A DNA stretch of 64,000 nucleotides from assembly GCA_046563655.1 (NCBI GenBank), contig CM102286.1, positions 13,268,001 through 13,332,000 of the forward strand, read 5' to 3'. Position numbers and translations under genes: made by a program. Shown here in pieces: positions 10,920-24,189 of this stretch (position 1 is its first letter; each line of letters starts with the position of its first letter). The DNA is from Yuukianura sp. NJ FZ-2021 (taxonomy: Eukaryota). The notes under the pieces are model-generated. The model was given only the letters and a program-made list of their open reading frames with translations. It was not told the DNA's origin and did no database searches.

Positions 10920-13900
10920 TTAAACAATTGCATCATGGAGTGAAGTAACAATTAAATTTTCAGTGAAGAACTCCAGTGTCATTGGTTCCTGTGCTGTGTA
11001 TGTAATGGTTTTGGTTTCTTCAACCATCATGAATCCATTGTCGCTGAACCACCCAAGGACGTCGTTGCTTTTCAAATTCAAAAACACGAACGGCGTGATT
11101 TCTGTTGTGGTCAGGGCTATAGTAAACGTCTTCAAATCGTCGCTGGCAGAGATTCCCGTTGCCTTTAGTCAAAATTAAAATTTTCAAAATTTATCACATA
11201 AAAAACTTCCACATTTTCAAAAAAGTTACCAGTAAATTCGGAGTCTGAATGAAAGAGGTTTCATTTGGGTAGTGCAGAAAAAGAAAGTTGTCTGGAGTTC
11301 CGGGCATTGTAAAGTACAGGAGGCAAATCGAAATTGAATTTTGACAGTCTTCTAATTCAGCTGTAGTTAAAAGTGTCACTTCCTCCGATGCTTGAGGTGC
11401 CTACATTAAAAAATTAAATTTAGAAATTTCATTTTGAAAGTTGAATTTTGGAAATTTGAAAATGAAAGTTGGTTTTGAACTTACAATGTCAACCTCCAAT
11501 GTTCTGTCAAGCAGAGGTGTCATGCTGTCTAATGTAAAAAGTCGAATGCGCAGGCTTGAGGTGAATCTGTCGCTCACAAGATCAGATACGACATTGACGC
11601 TGACGTCGCCATTGTCCAAGTCATAAGCAGAAGTGATGACAGGAGCAAAGAAGTTTCTGGCATAATAGTGCAACATCTTCCATCTGCCATTGATTTCTAA
11701 AAACATACAATTTAAAAAAAAATGAATTAAAATTTCGTAAATTTTAAAATTTTCATACCAATTGACGCCCAAGAAGCTCCTGGCCAAATGTCGTTCAACT
11801 GCCAATACAGAGCACCTTGAAAATTGAACAAAAGAAATGCTTTAAATTCAATTTCAAAATTTTGAATTTTGAATTCCTCTACCTGAATTTTGCCCTTCTC
11901 CATTTTCATAGAGTTTACTTTTGAGTCTTCTGTAAAATTCTGTTTGAACTTTGACTGACATGGACTGTGTAATTTGGGCCATGTACAGCATGGGTTCAAA
12001 TGCCACGGTGGAATTTACGTCGCTAGGGAACGGAAGATGCATTTGAATGTGATTTCGCATTTCCTCTTGGCCTCCTGGATGATGCTGTCGGTTGTACATC
12101 AAGGCAGAAAACCAGTGAAAATCTTCAGGCAAAAACACCTTTCAAAAAATTTGGGTAAAATTAATTTAAAACGAGACCTTAAAAGCAGTTTTGTAAATTT
12201 CCGAATTTGAAAAAGAAATGAGCTTGATTGAATTACAGTTTTGTAAATTTCAGCACAGGAAAAAAATTGAGATAGATTTAATTACAGTTTTCAGTGTTTC
12301 TGGATGTGGCCATGCTTGGTATCCGTATTCAGAAGCAAATCTTGTTTTCAATAGATGCCTGTAGTCCCAACCATCTTCAACGTAGTTGTAGAAGTGAACT
12401 GAAATTTTTTGATGGATTAAATTTTTTCTTAATTCTCGAAATTTTGAAAATATTTAGAAGCAATTGCATTTCTAAGTTGGCATTGACTTACTGTCTCCGT
12501 AGATTGTTGAATATGGATTTTCAGACAACCATCCTTCCGCTTCCGTTTTTTTTCCATTGGTTGGACTGGAGGGAAGACATGATCTGGACGGATCCAGTTC
12601 AACGACGTACTCCAGAATAGTGTGAATGTACAAATCAACGTAGTCGTTAGCATACAAAGTGTAGTTAACGTCACTTCCAAACCAATTGTCAGCCATGGCT
12701 GCTTCATTTTCATTATTTGTGGCCCAAATGGCTAAACTCGGGCGATACTGCAACCGTTTCACTTGGTGGTCCACTTCGGCTCTAACACTTGACAAGAATT
12801 CATTTGTCGTTGGATACTAAAAGATTTGAGTATTTTAAAAAAATCAAAACTGAAATCAAAGTATGCTCAATTCAAAATTTTTCCATTCCGTACCAAGTTG
12901 ACAGCAAACATAAAATCTTCCCAGATTAATATTCCGTATTCATCGGCCAGCTACACAACAAAATGCGTTTTAAACATTTTGACATATTTGTTATAAATTT
13001 TATAACTATATTTTATATTATTATATTTTAGTGTTTGCATTCAATACTTATAACTTACGTCATAGAAGAGGTCAGGTTCGTAGATTCCACCACCCCAAAC
13101 TCTGATCATGTTGAAATGTGCTTCTTGGGATGATTTAAATAGCCATTCAGTTTGTGATGCCATTTCCGGTAGAACGTGAATTGGAATGGAATTTGTACCT
13201 GCCAAATCCAAAAATTGTAAATTTTGTCAAAATGAGCATGAGTGAACACCTTCAGCAATTCAAATAAACGCGTCACTTACCTTTAGCGTACAACTTAACT
13301 CCATTCAAATTGAAATAGAAGCTGAGACCTGTACATAAATTGCAATTTTTGTCAAAATTTGGGCGTTTTTTTAATTTTTGAAAGAGTTTTGATGAAAACT
13401 GATTTTTAGTACCTTTGCTTTCATCATTCCAATCAATTGGTTCTTCAACTAGTTGAATAGTTCTGTAACCTCCTCGCAACGTCTTGTGGCTGACTTCATC
13501 TCCCGACGAGGAAATATACGTGACGTGGAATTCATAAAGTGGATGGTCGCCGTAACCATTGGGCCACCACAACCTCACCTTGTCACCCTTGAAGTCAAAA
13601 TTTTAAAAAGTTCAAAAATTCAAATTTTTTCCCAGAACAGCAACATTAGAAGAAACTGTTAAATGGGGTTTTTGAATTTTCGAAATTTACTTACGGGAAC
13701 TGAAACGAATAAGTTGGTGTAGGGGGCTGATGGATCTAAGTCGGCGGGAAGACTAGAAAACATTTCTCCATTTTCAGTATAAGCATCCAGAATTAAACTG
13801 CCACCATCACCTCTGCTTTGTACATCCATGTACACTCTTGCAGTCACAATCCAAACTGTGTTGCTAGTTTCATCTGGAACTTCTTGGTTAACTGCATAAA

Positions 13901-15152
13901 ACAGCATCACATCTCGAATTACCGCGCTGTTGTATCCCTCGACGTAAATATTTTTCCTAAAAAGTCAAACCAAATTCTCTTTTATGCTGAATTTTGAAGC
14001 TGGAGCTTGATTACAAAATTTTGACTGAAAGTTTTTCAAATTTTCTACCAAATTCCAGAAGATGGGTAAGACGGGCCCCAATCCCATGAAAAAGATGCTT
14101 GCATTTTTCGAATTTGGTTAACATGACATTCGCCCTGGAATTCCGGTGGAACGCATTCGGGTAAAATCGGATACTCGGAAGAGTGCCACAATTTGTCCGT
14201 GTACTCCACTGGTGACTGGAATTCAATTCGAAGTGAGTTTGTTCCAACCTGATTCAAAATAAATAAAAAACAAGTTTTGTTCGAAATTCTTAAAGTTATT
14301 TTTTCCAAATGCAATTTTTGAAAAAATGACCTCGATAGCCGATTTGAGGTCAAAGACGTATCGCACAAACATGTTGATACTTGAGCCCACTTGGACATCA
14401 TTGAGGTAGATAGTAGCCACAGAGTCCAGGCCATCACAGATTAGCAAAATTCGCTGCTTGGAAAACAAGGCCTCAGAAACTACGGCAAAAATGTGCAACC
14501 AAAAAAATGTACATTGGACAGTGCCGTTTGGAGAAATTTTTGAAAATTCAGATTAACAAAACATAAATTCTAGGTACGTTAAATATTCAGCTCTCGACAA
14601 CAGTCAAAATTCAACATTTTTCATAATTTTCCAAAATTTTGTAAAAAAAAAAATATACAACGCACTAGTACTACTACCTAAATTATATCAAATTGCTCTA
14701 TCTATTTTTTAAAATTTACCTTCAAAATTTCTGCTGTAAGTCCAATTTGTACGTCCGACCCACTTCGTTTCGAGGTCATTGTACCGGTAATAAATTTCCG
14801 ATTGAAAAATTCCGCCTGCCGCACTTAGGTCAGAGTAAATACCGCCAGGAACAGTAGCCGGTACAGATATGGCTAAATTTAGAAACAAAAAATTATGCGC
14901 GATTTTTTAACGACCTACCTTTACAACTGGATTAACTTTATTTGCCCTTTGTATACTTAATCTCCAGTTGTAAATTTCGCACGCTTATTTCTTGTTTACT
15001 TTTAGTCTGAACTTACGTTCGTCATCTTGTTTCCCAGAAGCAGTCCAAATCCCTTCAGATGCAGCCGCATTCAAATCCAGTTTTATAATTTCTGCATTTA
15101 TTACTCCACATACCACAAATAAAATTATTGTCGCGAAGAATAGATTTCCCAT
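10920..15152 (-). CDS. MANBA: Lysosomal-type beta-mannosidase, glycoside hydrolase family 2, multi-exon
   Basis: Signal peptide MGNLFFATIILFVVCGVINA. Motifs VPGGIYSDL, GECHVNQIRKMQASFSWDWGP, LWWPNGYG, GTNSIP, FNMIRVWGGGIYE, acid/base WATNNENE, nucleophile RFASEYGYQ and GALYWQLNDIW. Stop at 10920-10922. Confidence 0.96.
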
Positions 15153-15472
15153 TTCTATTGTTAACAATCCTACATGAATTTTTTAGACTAAACCACTTTT
15201 GTCATTGGACTTGAGAGTTTTGTTGACTTGCTTTTCAGTTAAGCTTTTTAGTAGTTGGTTATCAAAAACTCCATGAATGTTAAAATGCAGTGAGTCTGAC
15301 ATGAAAGTTAATCTGACATCTCAAAAACACTCCAAGCGTATACTACATAACTCCAATTTGTCTTTTTAGAACACAAAAACTGATTGTCAAATCAGTTCAA
15401 AAGTGGTACATGTTGAATGACCTTTCAAATCACACACTACACTTTTCAAGCATTAAAAAGCACAAAATTTCG

Positions 15473-15532
15473 TTCGGTTAAACATAAGTTGACTGTGCCT
15501 TTTTCGGTTAAACATAAGTTGACTGTGCCTTT
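15473..15532. repeat. Perfect 30-bp tandem duplication upstream of MANBA
   Basis: TTCGGTTAAACATAAGTTGACTGTGCCTTT at 15473 and 15503. Confidence 0.9.
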
Positions 15533-16184
15533 AACAACAACAAAAAGCTGCAATATGCTATACCAGCCTTTTACCTGCTGAATACACTAAAATTGCAAAA
15601 AGTAAAAGTAAAATTTCAGATGTCGTTTTGTTGTTGAACTTTTTGCAGTTTATTTTCCTGCCAATAATTTACAGAAATGGTTTACGTATAAGAATACTGA
15701 AACATTGGTTAATTTAGTCTTTCCATTCGATTAACACTGTAAGGTTTCACTTTTTAAAAATGAAAATAAAATTCAGGTACAGAAGGTTTGGAACGGCTAA
15801 CAATTTGGACAGAAGTAAAAGTGTTCTACCAGAACTTTTCTAATACAAAGTTTAGACAGTGCTAATGTTCAATTACTTTTCAAACTAATCAACATCCTTC
15901 TAACATTATTGTTAAAATACTTATGTTAAATTAAGTAATTAAAGGTAGTTTGCTAATATAACAGTTGGGTTTAGAAAAGAAGAAAGTAGTTACTGGACCA
16001 GTGACTAGCCTGGTAAAGTAAATTAAGTAAATTAAAGCGTCCATTTTTCACATCAATTCGGATTCCATTCGGATCAACCGAATAAAAAATCTGAACTTTC
16101 GATGTTACGTTAAATGTATCCTGCTTTGGTTTGAGTCACTTTTTAAGTTACTATGTTAGTTAAGTTAGGTTTAAGTAAAGTAAA

Positions 16185-19100
16185 TTAACTTAAAGCTACG
16201 TTTCTGAAGGAACTGAAGTAGACAGTACATGCAATCGATGCAAGTAGGAGGCCATTTTGAATGGTAGTTCTGGTTGTGCTGGATTTGTGGGATTTGCCGG
16301 TAGCATTTGAATTTTGGTGTTGCGTTTGAGGCTCTTCGTGCTCATGCGTAGTGTACTTTGTATTTTCCAGTAGTTGTGTATTCTCGATACTCGTGTCTTT
16401 TTCTTTACTTGTGTCTGAAGATCTCACCCCTTGTTCCCCTTCGTCAGCAGTCGTATTTTGTGTAAGTTCCAACAGTACTACTCTGTTTTCATAAATTTTA
16501 CGGCGTCCGATTGGTTGAATTGGGCGGAAGTTGTCGACCAGCGCATGCCCAAAAGTGTCTTTTACTGCTCGGAATGCTTGCATCTACATTTGGAAGAGCC
16601 AAAGTTTAAAAGTTTAGAAGAAAGTAATGTCAGTGCTTTTTTTTGAAAAACTGACCTGTTTTGCTGAAATTGGCACAGGGTTTTTGAATACGGTCCACAC
16701 AACTTTTTGGCTGCAAGAGGGCGTTGTAAGGCTGCCTTCATATCGGTACACATCGAGTACTGAAGGAAAGAACCTGGAGTAGTTGAGGGGCACTGACGGA
16801 TGAAATGCTGTTGCGTCTGGATGATATGTATCGACAATTGACAGTCCTTCGATTACCGGAGTCAGTGCTGGATTATCTTCTGGAGAAATCTGAGCATCAA
16901 AGTTAAATTAGTCCAAAAATCAGATCGCAATTATGAAATTTCTAAAACATTTAAAATTTAAACTTGTGTTTTACGTCAAAAAAGACGCCAAAGACGGCCA
17001 GCGCCCGTGGGTTTTGATCAGTGACGGCTTCCAGTAGATTGGAATATTTGTCTGCGAAATGAACCAAGTGGAGCTCCATAGGATAACTGTAAATTTCAAT
17101 TAATTTTACATTTAAAATAATATAATTTAATAATATAATTTATTTAACATAGTTTTTGATTTGAGATTTACCTTGTTCCGTTTATTGTGTGTTCCGAACC
17201 AGCGTCATCTTTGCTTCCCCAATGAAAATGCAGTTGAGACAGTTGGTACTTTGACCCCCGAAATCCATCGCTGTCTATTCGTAAGCCAGAGGTCAAGTCT
17301 TCACGAAGTTGAATTTGAACTATTACAAACGAAAACAGACTATTTCAAAACCGTTTGTTAAATTTTTTTTCTCCAAACTTATGTTTAACACGAAACTGTA
17401 GTTAAGCTTCACTCCATCTGTTTTTGAACTCCTAAAAATAAAATTGCAAAATTGGTATACCGGTATGTCCGTTGTTCTTAATGAAAAATTCTGGATAGCC
17501 TTGTAAGTAGTCTTGATTCACTCGGATTTTTCGGAGATGCTTGGAATGTGCCACAGAAGTTGGACTGAAGTCAACAGGCGACTGCGCATGCCCAGTTTTA
17601 CAAATTCCACCCCAGTTACTAGGTGCTGAAATTTAAAACACAAAAATTTTAGACAGGTTTTCGGTTTTAGATATTTTAAAAAATTGAGAAATTACCGCAT
17701 TTCTCTTCATTGTAGCACCAGGGATGATCTGAAAAAAATTTCAAAAATTGTAATTTACAAAAAAAATGCTTCCTTACACTATTTTCCCTGAAATTAGTTT
17801 TTACGATTCTATAATTATTTTACTGTTTAGTCCTTGTAGCATTTGTATTAGAATTGTGTTCGTTGAACAATGACCGTCAAAACTCTAATGTATGCTGGAA
17901 TATGATCTCTCTCAGCATTCTTGTCTCCAGAGGTCAACTCAACGGAGGTGACCTAATTTTAAGCCCATTTAAGAAATGCAAATCAGTTAATGTGTGACCC
18001 TGCCCAAAGGTCGACCGCTGAAAATCGGCGGAAAAGGATTTTGCAGTTCCACTTTACAAAACACTTCCAATGAAAATTTGTAAATTAAGGGCGGACATGG
18101 ACAAAATTTCAAGGGAAACTTTGTCATTTTGAAATTTGAAATTGAGAGCAGCAGAATTGTCTTATGAATTTTCATGACCATTACGGCTACTACAAACTTA
18201 CCAAGATCATGCGCACAGTGACAAAATTATATCCGCTCATTTTATCAAAAACAAACGTTAATTACTACGTTTTTACAATTTGCGACTAACTTTTTAGCAT
18301 TTTGGGTGAACGCCCAACTTAATGGGAATGTAAAATTGTCAAAAAATGGAAATTCGAAAAACTCTTTGATTTCAGAATTTCTACAATTATTTCAAATTTT
18401 GTCTGGAACGAAATTTGCATAAAACAAGGCGACACTTTGTTGTCATTGCAAAAAGTGCTTCAAACCAGAAGTTTGACAGATTCGATTGTTCTACTACAAC
18501 CTTAACTTAGGCACGTTTTCAGTTGCATTTAAAACTACACAAATTACGTATTTACCTCAACGTAGCCTCAATTAAGATGTCTGTGCATGCCAAAATTTCC
18601 TATTCAGTTTTAAAACTAAGGCAGAAGCATGGTTCAGTTATTCACGTCAATGGAAAAAAATTTCCAATCTTCTTCTTCAGCCTCTCTACTCGTGAATCGC
18701 AAGTGATCTTGTGGCACTGCCTCAAAGCAGTTCCAATCTTTTACGCTTAAGACGCACGCGCCCTAAAATAAGGACGCTAATTTTAAATTTCCAATTTTAC
18801 ATTTCCAGTTTTAAATTTTGGCTAGAGAACAATGCAAAATTTTATTTACGTTAGTTAACTAGCGTCACTCCAGTCTAATTTTATAATAGTCCAGTCATAA
18901 TAAGTTTTACAAACACCTTGCTGGACAAAAAATAGTCGTGTCTCGTCCCGCCTCTTTCAGCAGTAGCTGAATACGTGATGAAAAAAACTGAAATGAAAAG
19001 TTTCTATTCAAAAATAAAACTTCATTTTATAAAATTTAATGAAATTTCATTTCTAAAAATTCATTTCACGTTTTTTTCCTCTTTGTTAAGTTTAGCCGCT

Positions 19101-19462
19101 TGTGTAAATTTCAACAATAAACGGCAAATGTGAGGCTGTCAAGGCTGATTGGACGCTTCCTGCCATCTGTAAACTTTTTTGTTCGAATTGATTGACTGCT
19201 ACTTTTAGCTGAGTTGACATTTTTAAACTCAAAACCCATGAGCTTAAACTTGAATTTCAAAATTACCTTTGCCAAAAAAAATTTTTTGAAATCAAAAAGT
19301 TAAAGCAACAAAAATTCTTCTTGATCCCAAACATAATAGTTATTGTATTGTAAAAGTTAGAGTTGTGTACTAATGCTTACCTCCACTGGCGATGACTTGT
19401 GACAGAGAAACCAGAAATAAGTAAATTCCAGTTGCAACTGCAATTTTCAGGTTTCGTAGCAT
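16185..19462 (-). CDS. Alpha-carbonic anhydrase, secreted and probably GPI-anchored, 7 exons, about 390 aa
   Basis: Exons 19462-19381, 17728-17696, 17625-17461, 17319-17172, 17086-16975, 16889-16656 and 16583-16185 splice in phase (1173 nt). Signal peptide, then W.Y, C..G..QSPVD, NNGHT, QLHFHWG, GSEH, ELHLVH (three Zn-binding His), [10 protein letters not shown] and NFRPIQP, a S/T-rich stalk and a hydrophobic C-terminal tail. Confidence 0.93.
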
Positions 19463-22400
19463 TGCGTCTGTCACTCACAATTGGCCCCAATTTGTTAAAT
19501 TAGTAACACAAAAGTTACGTTTTCCTTTGTTTTGATAAAAATAGAACTCCCAGAAATGTGGCTCCCAGAAATTCTGCAAAACCAAAATTTGCAAATTACA
19601 CACAACAGTTTGTCCCAACAAAACTTGACTCATCATAAATCCAGATGAATCTGCAACGATCAACGGTAGGTACACGACTCATGAAGATTTGAGGAAGCGC
19701 TAAGGGGTTATTCAGTGCATTTGAACTTCCAAAAACATAACACGACGACCGTTGTACATAACTTTTGCTTTTGTGTTAGGTTAGGGTAGACTTTTTTACT
19801 CTAACAATAGACATGAACAACCCTTACGTAACAAAACTTGGACTAAAAAATACACGTAGGGTCCAATGCACCTTTTGTTTTTGTTGGGTAACCGATGATG
19901 CAAGACTTAACAAAAAATAGTCCTGACTCACTTTGGAATTTCAGAAGTGCACGAAATCTTCTTTTGAGTCTTGGAAAATGAATGAGTTTGGTAGGAGATG
20001 AACTTCTTGACTTATGCAGGAAACACCGCCGCGGTGCACCGTGAACACAAAAGTTTTTTATCGTTTCCTGCTCGCGTTTGAAATTCAAAACCCGCGGTTT
20101 TGTTAAGAAAAAAAAGAAGCGCTAAACTACGATATTTCAACTTTGAACGTACAGTAGTCAAAAGAAGCTGAACTTGCAAAAGTGAAAGTGAAACTGCACC
20201 AAGTTAACTTCCAAGAACTTTCTCCCTGTGGGTTACTCTTTTCAAAGGATTGCGAAAACCTTCAACCTGAACCCACTTAAAATGATTTCTTTTGACTTGC
20301 AAATTTTTCGCAACTTGCAAATTTGCAAAAACGGCTACTTGTACAAATGTACAAAGTTCTACTGAGTACAGACGCTCTCAACCCATTCTCAGTTGACCAG
20401 GAATTATGAAAGTGAATTATGTTTTATTTGGTCTAAAAACCTTCCAAAGACTTGTGCAAATAATTCACAAATTCTGACGGACGCCGCTACTCACTTTGCT
20501 AAATTTTTTTGTAACTCTTTTGTTAAATGACGTCCATTTCAAAATCTCCTAAATAGCTTCAGACTAATCCAGTTACGACTGTTTAACACTGGGATCTATA
20601 CAACCATAGAATTTTGGTGTCTAACAATAGAATTTTTATAGAGCAAAAAATTGAAATTGGAAGTAGATTGTAATGGTAACAAGCTAGGTAAAAGTTTAGT
20701 TAGAGTTTACTAATTATTGAGCAAGTAGGAAATCAGGTAAATGTTAACCCGTTCCTGAATCGCAATTAACTTTGCTCTTTTGTTCTTGAACTTCACCTCT
20801 GTCAAGTTCTATGAAACAGATTTTTTGTTGAATTGTTTGCCTAGTTTTTTTGAAAAAGGAAATATTTTGAATTATTCCTAGCATTATGTATTTCTGTGAA
20901 ACAGAAACACGCGGTGCGAAATAGAAACACGAAATTAACTTTTACCTTGATCTTAATTTTTGTCATTACGATTTAATCATGTCCATGTCTAAACTGAATT
21001 TGGAAAAATTAGGCCAAATTTTTGCAAAAATGGACTAAGGTTATGGTCTTTTCCGAGTATTGATTTGCAAAAAAAATTGATTGCAAAGTCAATAATAAAG
21101 TTTTATGACCCCGGTGGAAGGTCATTTTCAAAAACAAAGATCAAACAATGCATATTTGTTCAAAAGACACAAGTTTTGCATAAAGTTCAGTGTTTTGTAA
21201 AAACTATTGTTCATGTTTCTTTGAACGTGTTTAGTCCATTAAAGTAGATGACGCCCGTAGTCGGTTGCATAATTTTCACCTGACTGAATTTAATTGACGC
21301 TAAATAAAGCACGAAGTAAAGTTACCGCTTAAATGGTTTTTACAAGTAATTGAATTTCGGTTTTCAAAATTACGTTCACCTGACAGTTCAATTTGAAAAA
21401 TTTAAATTGGTAATTGTCACTTACACGCTGAATGACGCTGTAGAATTTAGGCACGAATTCACTTTTTAAAATACTTCAAAGAACTGCTGTAAGTCTGTTT
21501 TAAATTTTGGTTCACAATGTTCTGGAAAATTTTCAAGTGTGTTATTTCAGCCACAATTTCCAATTTTCTACTACACCGATTTTCAATCAAAAACTGAAAT
21601 TATTATACAACTTAAAAATTAAAGTGAAATTATTACACAACTTAAAAAAAGTGAAAATCACTTTCCTTTTTGTCAAAAACAAAATTTTTTGATCAAATTT
21701 TTCTTAAGCGTCGCTTTTTCTTTAAACACGAATCGTCGCTTTTCGTAAAGTGGTCCACTGGAGACAGTTTGCGAGTTGTTTTTATGTGATGTTCCAGCAG
21801 AGGAGACAATGGTTCGAAGTCTATTAAGAGATCCTTGTGGACCATATTTAATGCACCCAGGCGACCAGAACATAACTACTTCATAGTGTACTTGGGGAAG
21901 ACTTTAGTTAAGGTAGGTTTTGGTTAGCTTTTTAGCCCACTAGCTTCCTCAAGAGTAAATTCTCTTTGTAGAGATGCTTGAGGAAGCTATTGGTTTAGGA
22001 TCAAAATAGATTTTGGGAAGACGCGTTCCTGCACAAAATGCAAACAAATGCTATAGTAGACTACCCTAACTACGAAATCTGGATCAAATTAACTAGAATT
22101 TAATTGTTCTTTTTAGTAATTGTAATTTACCCATACGCTAATACCTTCGTCGTCAAGAAATAAAATATGCTAGGCCACTACTGCTACTGTCATCCTAACT
22201 GCAACTCTCGTTCTAACCAGCATTTAGTAAAAGACGTCAAGAGTTTGGTCACAATTTTGAATTTTGTAACTGGTTAGCTGAAACGTTTGCGAATTTTTTC
22301 CATTTGAGAATTTTTTGCAACCTTTTTTTTTAGTTTCATGTGGAACGATTTAGAGAATACCGGGGAGTGTAAAATTTATGAAAAAAAGAGGAAAATTTGT

Positions 22401-24189
22401 AAAATTAGGCTGATTGATTTCAAAATGAAATTGACTTACCATTTTACGTCAAAGTAGAAGCACAAAGTAGAGTGATGAGGTGGAGGATCTTTTGTATTTT
22501 TTTGAGCAGAATACAAAATTGTTGTTGTCACAAGCATAATTGAAATTTAATTTTTACACAGTCTGCTCACGTCAACCGGAATAACTTGAAAAGGAACTTA
22601 TCATGCCGTCAAAGTCAATTTGTTAAACCGGAGCACTTTTGTAAGTTGACTGGAAGTCAATTTACTTCAGTGGAAGCTAAAAAGAAAGCTTCAGCAGTCC
22701 TCCCAGAACTTCTGTACTCTGGTGGAAAATTTAAAAATACGTAGTATTGTAGAGCTGACATGATGCCCATAATTTGTCAAATTGGTCAACTGTTGTACTA
22801 ACAACCTAATCCAGCATTGTTTTCTTCTCATCATCATCCTGATGATCGTCATCATGTGTGATGTTTATGTCATGCGGTTTGTTTAGATGTAAGACAGGAG
22901 ATGACCAATTCTCCTTCAATTCGCAAAATTTATTCTCCAACAAAAAAAAACGAGATTTCTCACTATTGAATTTTTCTCCCATTCGTCACACTCACAAGGT
23001 TCCTGGATCACTTCTTAGGAAAAAGTTGCGTTTTCTTTTTATTGAAATTCGAAATTCGATGTAAGCGAATACTACAAATATTTTCTGAATCCTTCCTAGG
23101 AAAAGTCGGCAACATGTTGAAGATGATTCAGCTTGTGCATAAAAACTGGCAATTTAATCTTGTAAACGTAAGGTTTCGTTGATTTCTAAGGATTTCGATT
23201 TTCCCGTTGTAAAAATCAAAGTTTGTGCAATGATGTAAAAATCTTGCTTCTCTGCACTGACGTCACAACGTAACTTTTGAGTTCGGCAGTACTTTCTAAG
23301 TTTCTGAAAGTTATTTTTCAGCGACTTTGACGCGATTTTGTCACTTCAGTTCAACACTTCACTTTCTAAAAAAAGTCTCCAAGCTTGAACTTCGATGAAA
23401 ACGTGTCAAGTTGAACTGCAAACCTTGCTCTATTTTTCCGAGGCACTAAACCATCAGTGATGCACATTCACGGCCAACTTTATTTCGTCTGGTATGGAAT
23501 GGTGAAAGTTGTGTAAAAAGAAATGAGCAGGAATAAAAACAATAATTTTCTCCCCAAGTCATAGACAATTGCAGTCGAGCTTCGTTCATAATTCAGCTAA
23601 ATTGGAAGTCACAATTACAATAAAAACTGACTCAAAATATAGCGTAGGCGAGGAACTCAAAAAGTTGATGAAAGAAAATCCGAAATCGATCACACAATTA
23701 TATAATTTTGGTTCGCAGAGCTTAGGTGATGGCTTTTTCCAACTGATGAATTAACAAAGAGTTTTTGTAATTAAAAACTGCTCCAGCGGACCAATCACGT
23801 TCGTCGATTCGATAGATCAAAGGTTGAATTATACGTTTGCGTTGTGATGCACTTGACCTCACTAAAAAGTTGAAAACCTAAAATAGAGAGCCAATGTTTG
23901 TGGTTTAAGGTCGTGTGTTGGTATGAGTCTGCGAGTTGTGATCTACAAAAGCTATTGCTGAAAATTCACAATTGCTAAATTGAGAAACACAACTGGAAAT
24001 TGACAATTAAGGAACTAAAAGTGTAGTTACGTGCAGTTTAACAAGGAAATGAAAAACTGTGAAACAAATTTGCAAAACATCAGTTTAGTATTCATTTGGC
24101 AATAGAAGTAATAATAGTTTTTATGAGACTTAATTTTGAACGTGATTGTTGAATTCTAATTGAACATTTTTAGTGTTTTGAGGAAATGC

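Noticed and set aside
10920..15152. Horizontal (bacterial) origin of the beta-mannosidase
   Set aside because: It has many spliceosomal introns and motifs typical of animal MANBA (GECHVN.IRK.Q.SFSWDWGP); nothing visible suggests transfer.
22436..22445. ATG|GTAAGT on the minus strand as a possible extra first exon
   Set aside because: No phase-compatible downstream coding exon was found, and the carbonic anhydrase already has a complete signal-peptide exon. It could be a UTR exon, but this is unsupported.
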